Assembly (NCBI GenBank): GCA_964016885.1
Contig: OZ024741.1
Location: 214,582,001-214,646,000, forward strand
DNA: 64,000 nt
Direction of reading: 5' to 3'
From: Eledone cirrhosa
Lineage: Eukaryota
A program made the position numbers and the translations under genes. Every line of letters starts with the position of its first letter. Positions within the stretch are counted from its first letter, which is position 1. Positions 40,991-64,000 of this stretch are shown here, in pieces. The notes beneath the pieces are model-generated. The model was not told the DNA's origin. It was given only the letters and a program-made list of their open reading frames with translations, and did no database searches.

Positions 40991-41010
40991 TATAAATATA
41001 TATATATAGG

Positions 41011-41063
<53 letters not shown>

Positions 41064-41169
41064 CCATACATATATATATATATATATTTGTATTGTACAT
41101 ATATGTATATAAATGTCCAGAATTAGCCGTCGAAACGGCTTGAGCTCAGCTGTCGGGGTCTTACTGGTT

Positions 41170-41358
<189 letters not shown>

Positions 41359-41361
41359 ACA

Positions 41362-41406
<45 letters not shown>

Positions 41407-41415
41407 ACATATATG

Positions 41416-41525
<110 letters not shown>

Positions 41526-41692
41526 TACACATATATATACATATATATATATATATACATATATATATATTCAATGTTTAAGCAAAACAAGACCACAAAT
41601 TTGACAAGGAAGACATTATTAAAAGATTGTCAATATAGTTTTAGTTTAATGTAAGTAATGTAGAGAATAATAATAATAATAATATTAATAAT

Positions 41693-41860
41693 AATTGTTT
41701 CTACTTTTGGCACAAGGCCAGCAATTATCCAGTGCATTACTGGTACTTTATTTTATCGACCCCGTAAGGATGAAAGGCAAAGTTAACCTCGACGGGATTT
41801 GAACTCAGATCATACAGGGAGGTAACTCTATGCTTCAAAGCATGGCGTCCGACCCTCTAC
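41693..41860 (-). mobile_element. tRNA-derived SINE inserted in PLE pLTR
   Basis: Homology to the family. Confidence 0.85.
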
Positions 41861-41906
41861 GGACGCCATGCTTTGAAGCATAGAGTTATTAATAATAATA
41901 ATGTCC

Positions 41907-42025
41907 GTTTACTATTGTTTCCCTACTCCATATAATGTTCCTGGATCAAATGATTATAGATCATTATTGAACTAGTTCAGTTGAAGATAATTAACTTAGG
42001 TACAATTAGAGCAGATCATCGGAAC
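41907..42025 (-). ncRNA. Type I hammerhead-like ribozyme, U4C core, long helix II
   Basis: gtt-CCGATGA-tctgctcta...tggagtagg-GAAAC-aata-GTA-aac. Confidence 0.65.
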
Positions 42026-45000
42026 TTCAAACGGAATATAAATTAAAATAAAGAAAGAATGTTACATGAATGTAATGTTCCATATATTGGTATTTCACTA
42101 TGGTGGCCTGGGTATATCTATTGTCTGCCATAATCGAGCAGTATTCTTCTTTGGAGGCTGCATTGTGTGAGTTCTGCCTATGGGTAACAGGATGGCCGCC
42201 AATGGACATATTTACCTTACTAATTAGAGGGTGGTTTCAGGGGAAGTAACCTCTTGAGAAATTAGAAATTGTGGGTAGTTTATAGTTAACAAGTGCTAAT
42301 TTTTTAATTGAGAGACAATGTAAGAGAGGTAACTTATAATTATCTAAGTAAGCTATAACTATTTAACTTATTAGCTATAAGTAAAAATGGGGCTAGATGA
42401 CTATGTTGGGTAAAATATTCTGTTGGCGAAGGAATTAGCCCTTCGATGTTGACAGCTAATAGTTACCTCCGTTCTATCGTTACTCGATAGAGGTCGCGAT
42501 AGAGTTATGTAATATGCTTCGGTAAGACAGAGGTCACAAGACATTCATTATTCCATTGAACGGTTGGGCCATAGCCAAGATATCCCATGTTGGTGAGTGT
42601 TCAATGTTGGTTAATTTAAGGTTTTTAATGAGCCTAACTAGAGATGTCGAACATCTGTTGTTAGGGTCTCGGAAGGAAAAAGAGTGCGCGTAATAGCGTA
42701 CCTTAACAGGGTTAGATGTAGAGCCAATATAGGAGCTGGTATGCGAAGCAGTTTTAACTGTGCACCTATAAACTATATTGGGTGTCAGGCAATGTCCATT
42801 TAGTGGGCATGCATTAGGGTAACGGCAGTTGCAGTTACTTCTGCGGTTAGTGAGAGTAGGGTTGTTTAAACTATGCGTTTGGTCCGTGCTAGAAGGATTA
42901 GATGTGGGAGGTGTGCTACTAGAGTAAGTATTGGTGTAGTGGCGTGGTGAATTTGATGGGGGTGGTGATACCGCGTTGAGGGAGTTATACTGTCTTAGTT
43001 TATGATGGCTAGTTAGGTTAGGTGTTGTGGAGAATGAGATTTTAATGTTTTTATTAAAGAGTTTGTAATATCTATGGTTGGGAGGGGAAATGTTTAGATA
43101 GGATAGAGAAGAAGCGTTTAGGGATATTAGTGGTTAGATTAGATGAGAATGGGGAGGTTAAGCCATGTGATATTTCTAGGGCTATTCCTTCTAGGGGTTC
43201 TAGTGGAGTTGGTAGGGGCCTTCATAGGGTTATTATTACCTGGGCATTTGTTATTTGTCATCCCATTGCTGATTCCTATTCTAGGGTTGATTTTTAGTTT
43301 GCTACTTGGAGTGGGAAGTAGCACTGCCACCATTAAGGTTCCCTGTATAGGTGCTGTTACTGCTAAAATTCCGGCGAATCTGGCTATATGCTAAGGTATT
43401 TCTAGTTCTAGTGTTAAGTTTATTATGGTTGTGGTGAAGTGCTGTGTTATGGCATTTAGGTATGTAGTAAATGGACTGTTCATAACCAGATTCAGAAAGA
43501 GCCTTATTATAATATGCCGCATGGTTTATAAATATCTCCTCATTTGCTGATAGCATGGAGATCCTATACGAGATAGATTTGATTACTGCTCTGATGATTG
43601 CCGGTGGGTGGTTAGAGTGTGGGCTACTATATGTAAGTATTTCACCTGGTTTATGATAAGGGCAATATAGGTTATTGTTAAGATCTAGGGTAACGTCGAG
43701 GAAGTTTACTACTTTATGGTTCGGCTCGATGGTGATAGAGAGACCGTTATTTTTAAAGAATCTATGTAATTTTTTTTAGCAAGTCAATGCCTCGATTAGT
43801 GCAATTGTGTACTGCAAATAGGGCGTCGTCCCTATATATTCCGCTTTGCAAGAGTTGGATTTCAGGTCTGATGTTATGTAATAGGTAAATTCCAACTAAA
43901 TCGGTGATTTGCGCAGAGTAGCTTGAGCGCATAGTGATGTCAAAGTTGTCTGTTCTGTCTTTTCTAGTCCAGAGTGCTCCGTTGAATTCAATGATGGTCT
44001 GCCTAGCCATAAGTATGATGTCAATCTCATTATTGGTTATGTCAGAGTTGGTGCTGGCTAGGGTTAATGCTATGTTGAGCAGTGCCGGGGTTATTGAAGC
44101 GTAGTAGCTGTCAATGTCAAATTGGAGGAACCTTATAGATTCCTTGGACCTAGGATCGGAGGACCATCTAATGACTTGGCCGGTGTTGGACCACAGCTTG
44201 TAGGTGATATCATCCCGTAGTCCAGGGATGATCCTATCAAGGATGTTCTTACTGATACAATCCAAGTCAGATGTGGTTGGACTTATAACTAAAATAGATG
44301 GGTTCTCTATAAAGTTTGGCTTGTGATCCTTGAGAGAAAACCTGGGGTTGTAGGTACATAAGGGTGGGTAAATCTATCCAGATGCAAGTCCTTAACCAAA
44401 GCCTGGGCTTTTCGCTTAAGTAACTTTACACTGGAGTGTATAGTTTTTTAATAGTTTTTATTAAGTTCCTTAATAAGGAAATAGTTGTAAGTTTCAGGAG
44501 TTATGGTGTATAGATTTTTAGTTTTGTCAGACATAACATGTAAGAAGTGGCTATCTTTAAATTTGTTTATAGTTGTTGCTAATTTTGTGAGGAAATTATT
44601 CTTGTGTCTATAATGCTTTTTGAATGTAATGCTCCTGACGAAGTTAAATAGATCTTTCTCAAAAGGGTCCAGCAGGATGTTGTGTAGAGGGTTCTTGCAG
44701 GCTGTAAATCCATATTTGTTTGCTGTACTTCCGGCGTCAGCAGCAACCGCACGGTCGAAGTGGAAGGCCTTCCATCGTATTCTTCGGATGAAAGAGTTGA
44801 CACTCTGTATTAGGGGTTTGAGGTATGTCTTCCTGTCCAGGATATGAATGGACATAAGTGATATCCTGAGTTCCTGCTTGTTCAACATGGTGACTTCTAA
44901 CAGTAAGTAGCTCAACTACGTGAGCTCAAGTGTACACAGTTCAAGAGTAACCAATCTTAAAGAGAGAGATGGAGATAGGAGAGGAGATAGGAGAGGAGAA

Positions 45001-45690
45001 GAGAGATTGGTGAATTAGTTAGAAGCCAAAGCGTAAAGGCATGTGCTCAATGTGCAATATGCAGTGGAAGGCAGCTAGGTAGCTGGGTTCATGCAGAGGT
45101 TAGGTGCCCAGAGCTGGAAATATTCATTAGTTAAGCAAAACAAGACCACAGCTCGACCACAGCTCGAGACAAAACAAGACAGCTCGAGACGCGATCATTG
45201 TGTGGATCTGACTGATTCTGGACCCGTAGGTTCGACGTACAAGTCTAATGATTTCGGAGCACATTCTCAAGCCGTTTCGACGGCTATTTCTGGACTAAAT
45301 TAGTCCAGAAATAGCCGTCGAAACGGCTTAAGCTCTGCCGACGGGGTCTTCAACATTTTCCTATATATATATATATATACATATACATTTTCGTATATAT
45401 ATATATATACGAGAGGATATATGTATCGTAAGATAGGAGAGAGACAGAGTGAGAGAGAGAGAGAGTGAGAGGTGCGATGCAAATTACTAAATGCCGATAG
45501 CCGAAGTGAGGTGGGCTCAATGCTTGGGTTAGTAGTGTTAAAATATTAAAGAGGGGTTAATATTTAGTAGAGTGTTCAAGCAGAGCTGCTATAAGCAAAA
45601 TGAATGAATGTAGAAGTCGTTATAACAAAATATTTTGTTATGACGACTTGCGATTCCTACATTCATTCATTTTGTATATATCTATCTATT

Positions 45691-46237
45691 TAGGGCGGGT
45701 AAAATTCCGGAGATCCATGGACGATTTCTCTCCAGCGATCTCTGTCCCTCATCATCGCTGCCATGTCCTGCGTCTCCAAGAGACCCGTGTCTGTTCATAG
45801 GGCATCAACATAAGTCAACCTCGGTTTACCTCTTCCAGTGTGTCCATGCAAGGTCTCCAACAGGAGCACTGAGTGCAGTGTCAACTCTGGATGTCAATGA
45901 GCATGTCCAGCTAACCTCAGTCTCCTCCTTGCTACTCTCGATCTGACTTTTGGGAGGCTCCTGTACAGCTCTGATTTCTTCATCCTCAGTGTATACTCAT
46001 TAATGTTCAGAGCCATCCTCAGCATTCTCGTGTAGCACCCATCCACCATCTGAGTGAGCTTCTTGGTCAATGTCCAAGTCTCAGAGATGGAGAAGAAGCT
46101 CAAGGCGAACCAGAACGGTTTCAGAGAGGGAAGATCAACCACCAGTCACATCCTGATGCTGAGGAGGATATTAATGGGAGCTAGAGCAAGAGCCTTCCTG
46201 CAGTCATGGTTATCATTGACTTTAGGAAGGTCTTCCA
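45691..46237 (-). mobile_element. RTE-clade LINE fragment with 5' inversion
   Basis: Minus strand SETWTLTKK..RRLRLAGHAH; plus strand 46087-46237 NQNGFREGRSTTSHILMLRRI. Confidence 0.85.
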
Positions 46238-46240
46238 TTT

Positions 46241-46321
<81 letters not shown>

Positions 46322-46637
46322 TATAGAGTAATAACTTCTACATGACTAGAACTGTGTAGCTCGTATGAAGTCATCAGGAAATAGGGAAAAGGGTTGTGTG
46401 TACGTATGTATGTTTATGTGCGTGTGTCTGTTTATGTACGTATGTATGTTTCTGTGTATGTTTATGCACGCATTTGAATGTATAGGTAGAAAGGAATAGA
46501 CAAACATATCAACACAAAATTTGAACATACGTATATTAACAATTTAAGCAACCTCCACGCTACCAGTAGTTTCAAGAGCAAAACATGTCTGTGGTGGTAT
46601 TAGATGCGTTAGAGATGAATTTATATATATATATATA

Positions 46638-48157
46638 AAGTTGGCCTTGCAAGTAAAAAAATCTTAAGAAAAATAATTCTCCAAATTAGAACTAACACTG
46701 ACCTATCACAGTGGCTAAATACTTCCTCTGTTATTTCTTGGTTTAATAATATACAAGGTAAAAGTAAGTGTAGATTTACCCAATTTGATATTGTTGATTT
46801 TTACCCCTCTATTACTGTTTCCTTATTAACAAATGCCTTAGATTTTGCAAGACCCTTCATTAATATTTCTAAATTAGAAGAAGACATCATCTTTCATGCT
46901 AGAAAAACTTTACTCTTTACTAATGAAAATATTTGGGTTAAAAAGTCAAACCCTGAAAACTCTTTTGATGTTGCAATGGGTTCATATGACAGTGCGGATG
47001 TGTCTGACTTAGTAGGATTATTCCTTCTCCACACCCTCAATGAGAAATTTCCTTCCCATAATATCGGTTTATACCGTGATGACGGATTGGCAGTTTCTCA
47101 TACCACCAACGGCCATAACCTTGATAAATTCCGTAAAGACTTAATCAATACTTTTGCTAATCTTAACCTTAAAATCACTATAGATACGAACCTTACCAAT
47201 GCTAACTTTCTTGATATTAATCTTGATCTACTTACCGCCTCTTTTAAACCTTATCATAAACCTAATGAAAATCTTAGATATATACACAAAGAGTCTTGCC
47301 ATCCCCCTATAGTTTTTAATAATCTTATTCCTAACGTAGGATTTCTACCTTATCTTCGTCTATAGACATTTTTAATAAAGCCGCCCCTTATTATAATAAA
47401 GCCCTTAAGAACAGCGGTTTTACAGAAAAAAATGTTTTATTTACCTACTCCCCCCCCCCCCTAAAACTAACCACAATAACAGGAAAAAGAAAATGATTTG
47501 GTTCATACCCCCATTCTCTCTAACTGTCAAAACTAATGTAGGAAGGAACTTCCTTGAACTCTTAGATAAACATTTTCCTCCTAATCATAGATATTATAAG
47601 ATATTTAATAGGAACGTAGTTAAGATCAGTTACTCTTGTTGCCCATCTATGAAGTCCAAGATCACTAGTTCAAATCATACGAGAACAAATCCAGGATGCA
47701 GTTGCAGGAAGCCGGATGAATGCCCATTGCAGGGCAAATGTAACACCAAATTTGTTGTTTATGAGGCTAAAATAACACCGTTAATCAACAACCAGCCAGC
47801 CAGGAGTGAGCGATATGTCGGCATGACCCAGGACAGGTTTAAAACCAGATTTTACTCACATGTCGCTTCTTTTAAGCACTCTGATCAACGGCCCTCGCAA
47901 GTAAGGTGTGGGAATTCAAGGATAATAACATCCCGTACTCTATCGATTGGTCTATTTTAGACCATTCGAGGGAGTACCAAAGGGGCACAAAGAATTGTTC
48001 TTTGTGTACCACAGAAAATTATAGGATTTTGTTAAACTTGAGAGCCACTTCTGCTTGCCTGAATTCAAAGACCGAGATCTTTAGATGTTGTCCTCATCTG
48101 AAATCACATCTGATCTGTAACTGGATTGACATTCCTGTGATAACTCAACCGCCTTGA
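46638..48157 (+). mobile_element. 5'-truncated Penelope-like element RT + GIY-YIG, frameshifted
   Basis: QFDIVDFYPSI, MGSYDSA, YRDDGL, FLDI, CSCR..CPLQGKC..VVY..YVG, CSLCTTE. Confidence 0.92.
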
Positions 48158-48384
48158 ACTCCTTCTCTGCTCTTTACTTCTACTACGGTTTTTTTACCTG
48201 CTGAATCCACGTTCTGTACTCTTGTATTCTCTTTCTCCCTTATCTCCCTTTATATTAAACCTTTTCCTATGTCTTTTTCCCCTCTAAATTTTTTTTGCCT
48301 TACCCTTCACATACCAAAATGTATGTGTATGTGTATATATATATATATGTGTGTATATGTATATATATGTATAGACCAGGATTT

Positions 48385-48444
48385 TTTCATTCTGATGATT
48401 GAAGGCAACATTTTTTGCTTTTAAGAAACCACTGGTAAATGGAA
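48385..48444 (+). ncRNA. Type I hammerhead ribozyme in 3' pLTR
   Basis: tttcatt-CTGATGA-ttgaaggca..tgcttttaa-GAAAC-cactg-GTA-aatggaa. Confidence 0.88.
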
Positions 48445-48646
48445 TAATTGCCTTATGTTGTTTATTACATGACTATAAATATATATATATGTATATTTTG
48501 GAGTTAAATAAGGTTCATATGTATTATCTAAGATTGAGTTTTACACACACACACATATATATATATATGTGTGTGTGTGTTTGTATTTGGTTGTGCGTGT
48601 TTGTGATATGTACGTATTTGTATGTGTATAATTGTATGGCTATGTA

Positions 48647-48677
<31 letters not shown>

Positions 48678-49450
48678 GTATGTGTATATATATATGTGTG
48701 TATGTATATGTGTGTGTATATGTGTATATGTGTGTGTGTGTTTGTGTATGTATTTGTGTATGCGTATGTATGTGTTTATGTATTTGTATATGTATATTTA
48801 TGTGTGAGAGTGTGTGTATGTATTTATGTTTACGTATGTATGTGTACGTGCATTTGTGTATTGCTTACCACGTGTGTTTGTTCATTTATTTGTTGCCTGT
48901 ATCGGTGTCAACTTATAACAGTCTTTATTTTCGTTTATTATTTTATATATATTTTTTCTTATATTTATTTGCGTGTGTGAATATGTAGAGGTGTGTGTAT
49001 ATTTTTCTAATTATGTGCATGCATATGTATACATTTATGTATGTGTATGTGTACGCATATATATATATATATATGTATTTATATATCTATATATATGTGT
49101 GTGTATATATATGTGTGTGTGGTTGTATATATGTATGTGTATGTATGGATATGTTGATACTTATGTATGTATGTATGTATGTGTATATGTATGTGTATGT
49201 GTGTGTGTATATATATACACGCATATATATGTGTATATGTGTGTGTGTATGTATGAGTGTATGTATATATATATATATATGTGATATATGTGTGTGTATG
49301 TATATAATTGTGTGTGTGTGTGTGTTTGCATGTGTGTTTTTATTATTTTTTTATTTTATTTTTCCTTTCCTTCTTCCTTCTCCAGCCTCACTTTCATATA
49401 GATTGCATTTTTGTTTTTAGAATCCAATATCAATAAATAGACCAGGATTT

Positions 49451-49510
49451 TTTCATTCTGATGATTGAAAGCAACATTTTTTGCTTTTAAGAAACCACTG
49501 GTAAATGGAA
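49451..49510 (+). ncRNA. Type I hammerhead ribozyme, tandem second copy
   Basis: Near-identical direct repeat of 48385-48444, offset 1066 bp. Confidence 0.88.
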
Positions 49511-49535
49511 TAATTGCCTTATGTTGTGTATTACA

Positions 49536-49636
<101 letters not shown>

Positions 49637-49804
49637 TTCGTAGGAAGTGAGTTTTATTGTAGTACAATAAAGCAATGCAGATATCGGATAAGAAGCACTC
49701 TACAGTTTGTAGGACTGGAGTATACATAATATATAAGATCAAAAGATGGTTGATTTAAAACTGCACTATCCACAAGTGTTTTTAACCTTCATATCATGCC
49801 CTCC

Positions 49805-49875
49805 TATTTTATCTGATGAAAACACAAATGTTATTGCATGATGATATTTGTTTTTGAAATGCGCATAATAAAATA
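49805..49875 (+). ncRNA. Minimal type I hammerhead ribozyme (copy 3 of 3)
   Basis: tattttat-CTGATGA-helix II-GAAA-TGCGCA-TA-ataaaata. Confidence 0.88.
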
Positions 49876-49905
49876 CATGGAACTCATTTAACCATCTTTT
49901 GATCT

Positions 49906-49944
<39 letters not shown>

Positions 49945-50281
49945 ATAGTCTTTATATATATATATATATATGAAATAGTCTTTTAAGACTATACAGAGCA
50001 TTTGATGTTATTCCAAATTGAAGGATAAGTGTTTCAAACTTTATTTTATCATGAGTTAAAGGTCTATAGATTTTTCCCTGGATTTTACTAAATTCTGTGG
50101 ATGAATTTATATCCTGATTCTCTTTTGAGATGAGTTTGAGTTATTTTTCCTAAATCTTTCGTTAACTACTTTTCCCATCTTGACGTTATAGTCGCATATA
50201 TGTTATAGAATGCCGTTAGCTTCTTGCTAAAACAATCTCTATACCTCTCATTTATATTTTTATATATATATATATATATAG

Positions 50282-50313
<32 letters not shown>

Positions 50314-50465
50314 ATGTGTGTGTGTGTATATATATATACATACTGTATATGTACACACACACATACACATCGTGAACCTAATACCAACACTTCGTACTGC
50401 ACTCTTTGTTATTGTTTTTGTTTTTTTGTTTTTTTACTTATATCTATCTCTCTCTATATATAAAT

Positions 50466-50546
<81 letters not shown>

Positions 50547-50549
50547 TAT

Positions 50550-50588
<39 letters not shown>

Positions 50589-50974
50589 TGTGTGTGTGTA
50601 TACATATATAGAGAGAATGAAGCAGAGAAAGTGGGAGAGAAAGAAAGAGAGAGTGAGCGGTGTGTGGGTTATATGAGAGATGAGGAAGGAAAAATTAATG
50701 ATAAAAGAAACAAAAAACATGACCAACAAAATGTAAAAGGTCTTCTGGGAAGTAATTAGTTAGGCAAAGAAGAGACGAGAGGAAGAGAGAAAAAAAGAAT
50801 GTTCGTATCCGCTTTTGACAAAACCTCGCCAATTCTCACCAATTCTCACCGGAACTAATTACTGGACAGACATATTTAGAAATACAGGATTCGACATACG
50901 CATATTTATATGCAGCAATATTCTCTCTCTCCCTCTCTCCCCCCTCTCTCTCTCTCTCACTCGCTTTGTGTGTC

Positions 50975-51030
<56 letters not shown>

Positions 51031-51123
51031 AAAATGTTCAAGACCCCGACGGCAGAGCTCAAGCCGTTTCGACGGCTATTTCTGGACACTTCTCCTTTTT
51101 AAAAAATAGCGACCGAACATCTA

Positions 51124-51194
51124 CTCTAGCCGAGATTGAACCCTAAATGAAGGATCGGAAGTCCTACGTATCTTACCACTAGACCACAAAGATT
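51124..51194 (-). pseudogene. tRNA-like remnant (Gly-TCC-like) or SINE head
   Basis: gtggtctagtggt A box, agga-cttccga-tcct anticodon arm, ggttcaatc B box; acceptor stem poor. Confidence 0.45.
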
Positions 51195-51302
51195 GGCTTG
51201 CAATGTCCAGAAATAGCATACTGTCATGGCATACTGAAATTACCTACTCCTCCTCCTCCTCGCATTCCACCTCCACCCCTCCTCCTTCTCGCCGTTCACC
51301 TC

Positions 51303-51410
51303 CTTCTTCTTCTTCTTCTTCTTCTTCTTCTTCTTCTTCTTCTTCTTCTTCTTCTTCTTCTTCTTCTTCTTCTTCTTCTTCTTCTTCTTCTTCTTCTTCT
51401 TCTTCTTCTT
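51303..51410. repeat. (CTT)n microsatellite, probably the LINE tail
   Basis: Direct reading. Confidence 0.95.
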
Positions 51411-52561
<1,151 letters not shown>

Positions 52562-52599
52562 TGTTAAAATGATCACATTTTAGTTTAGAACATTTATTT

Positions 52600-52644
52600 A
52601 CTGACAATTGTTTCTTCCAGAGGGAAGTCTGGAATTATCGGAGC
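52600..52644 (-). ncRNA. Degenerate type I hammerhead
   Basis: gct-CCGATAA-ttccaga cttccc tctggaa-GAAAC-aatt-GTC-agt; the core has a C3-A8 mismatch. Confidence 0.6.
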
Positions 52645-52985
52645 ATAAGGAATGTCGAAACATGTAACTAAAATCCTAGTCATTTAGAACATTTAGGGTA
52701 CATAATTGTTATTAGTGACAAAGGCATCATGTGGAGAGTTAGGAGTTAAAAAGATGTTCTGCTTGAAAGAACACGATTACAGGCAGCACTGGTTGGAAGT
52801 GTAATAGGTATAAGGAAAAGGCACAAGCAGAAGAATCACAATAAAAAAAAAACACAGGCAAAACGTTATGAGCAGGGAAAATTGGTGTACAATGCAGGAG
52901 TCAATACAGTCAATAATGCATGTATGTTTATTTCAACTGCATTATAACCCTTTCCTCATACAAAATATAATACATACATACATAG

Positions 52986-53144
52986 AACGCCATACTTTGC
53001 AGCAAAGAGTTACGACCCTTTATGGTCTGAGTTCAAATCCCGCCGATGTTAACTTAGCTTGTCATCCTTACGGGGTCGATAAAATAAAGTGCCAGTAATT
53101 CACTGAGTAATTGCTGGCCTTGTGCCAAAAGTAGAAACAATTAT
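52986..53144 (+). mobile_element. 5'-truncated tRNA-derived SINE copy
   Basis: Homology to the family. Confidence 0.8.
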
Positions 53145-53520
53145 TACATCCTGTAACTCTTATCTTATTTTCTCCTTCCGCACACAACCAATAACATTTT
53201 AAGATTAACAAATTTACTTATGTTCCGAGTTACAGTCAACAATGAAATTATTTTAATGTCGGAGTACCTCCTCTACATCAATTATATGTTCTTTCACACA
53301 AATCTCGTTCAGCCAATTGTAACACATTTTACCAGATGACTGGCAAACATTGCTTGTATATATGAAAGATTGTCAGGCCATGAACATTTGATTGCGCGAT
53401 GGATTTTCGTGTGTGCAAATTACGAAAAATAAGGTGTGTTTTTACTGAGATCGCTTTTACCTGTTGTTGATATTCAAGGGATACACACACTCACACACAT
53501 GCACACACACACATATATAA

Positions 53521-53721
<201 letters not shown>

Positions 53722-53824
53722 TGTATTACATATTAATCTCAATTTAAACACGGATATATATGCTTGTTTACAAAATACGTAATACGGCAGGCGAAAAGCG
53801 AGAGAGTGAGAGAGAGAGGGGAAG

Positions 53825-62540
<8,716 letters not shown>

Positions 62541-63833
62541 GAGAGAGAAAGAGTGAGAGAGGACAAATAATGGGTGAGAGAAGGGGAAAGGTGAAAGAGT
62601 GAGTGAGAAGAAAGAATTGGTGAGTGAGAGTCAGAGGGAGAAGAAAGAATGAGTGAGAGAGACAGAGAGGGAGATGAAAGAATGAGTGAGAGTGAGAGAG
62701 AGAAAGAAGAGAAAGAGAGAAAGAAAGAGAGATAAAGACAGAGAGAAAGAGAAAGAGAAAGAGAAGGAGAAAGAGAAAGAGAAAGAGAAAGAGAAGAAAG
62801 AATGGGTGAGAGAGAGTGAGAGAAAGTGGGAGTGAGAGAGAGGGGAGAAGAAAGAATGAGTGAGAGAGACGGGGAGAATGAACGAATGAGTGAGAGAGAG
62901 GGGGAGAAGAACGAATGAGTGAGGGAGAGGGGTGAAAGAAAGAATGAGTGAGAGAGTAGGGGTAAAAGAAATAATGAGTGAGAGAGAGGGGGGGGGGAGA
63001 AGATAGAATGAGTGAGAGAGAAAAGAAAGTATGGGTGAGAGAGAAGAGAAAGTGGGAGTGGGATTAAAAGATGTGAGACTGTTAGATGGAATGATTACTT
63101 ATCACCAATACACCAGGGAAATCAAGAAACATGTTGCCAAGCAAATTTTAACATTACTTTCTTTTTTCTTCACTGACAATAACACACACACACACACACA
63201 CATACACACATACATACACACATACACACAGATATATTGTATATATATATGTGATATGCATTTATGTATATATATATACAATATACACACACACATACAC
63301 ACACACATACATATACACATACGCACAGATATATTATATATATGTGATATGCATTTGTATTTATATATATATACACACACACATACATATACACATACGC
63401 TCAGATATATTATAAATATGTGATATGCAGGTGTGTATATATATATATAAACACACACACATACACACACACATACATATACACATACGCACAGATATAT
63501 TATATATATGTGATATGCATGTGTGTATATATACATATAAATATATATATACACACACATAAAACACACACTTACATACATGTGTGTGTACACATAGAGA
63601 GAGAGGGAGATAGATAGGGGGAGAGAGGGGAGGGAGAGAGGGAAGAGAGAGCGGGGAGAGAGAAGGGGGAGAAAGAGAGGGGGTGACAGAGAGAGAGAGA
63701 GAGAGGGGGAGAGAGACATGAATCCAGTGAAAATCCATACAATTTCTTGTTTTCAAACAGTGGACTTCAGTAACACTTTTTTTACAGCCTCGTGTTCGTA
63801 TAACACTTAAGTCATCATCATCATCATTATCAT

Positions 63834-63985
63834 GCGGTGGATTGGCAGAATCGGTAGAGTGTCGGAGACCATGCTTTGCAGCATAGAGTTACGGCCCTTG
63901 CCATTCTGAGTTCAAATCCCGCCGATGTTAACTTTACCTTTCGTCCTTATGGGGTCGATAAAATAAAGTACCAGTAATGTACTGG
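63834..63985 (+). mobile_element. tRNA-derived SINE copy
   Basis: Homology to the family. Confidence 0.85.
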
Positions 63986-64000
63986 TGTTTGATGGCATTG

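Larger units (their letters stand above)
41567..45150 (-). mobile_element. Penelope-like element, degenerate RT + GIY-YIG with 3' pLTR
   Basis: RIRWKAFHF, SDKTKNLY, QFDIDSYYASI, YRDDAL, CNCR..CPL..IVY..YIGS; ~30-bp direct repeat at 41567-41596 and 45120-45150. Confidence 0.9.

Noticed and set aside
53150-53470. Possible host exon in unique sequence (also 19260-19530 and 4430-4620)
   Set aside because: Frames checked at 53.2-53.4 kb hit stops between plausible splice sites; no recognisable protein in any of the three regions

Overview
Eukaryotic, repeat-saturated, intergenic or intronic DNA. The SINE families and (TA)n load are consistent with an octopod cephalopod (inference). I could not support any host gene exon, and most ORFs in the track are translated microsatellites. 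The window holds six Penelope-like retroelements (PLEs; RT and/or GIY-YIG), two tandem L1/Tx1 LINEs in a (GATA)n tract, RTE and CR1-type fragments, nine copies of one tRNA-derived SINE, a non-autonomous Helitron, a ~2.7 kb TGGA/TGGT satellite and an ~8.7 kb 21-bp purine-rich minisatellite. The main signal is a dense set of short non-coding inserts in (TA)n or (CA)n tracts. They form fold-back hairpins and carry minimal type I hammerhead ribozymes (HHRs): about 10 copies with the canonical CUGANGA core and paired helices, plus U3-A8 and U4C core variants. Some are demonstrably the termini (pLTRs) of neighbouring PLEs. At least one (32.5-33.1 kb) is a terminally redundant ~310-nt unit that looks like a circular-RNA retrozyme. 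All structures were read by eye and coordinates may be off by a few bases.
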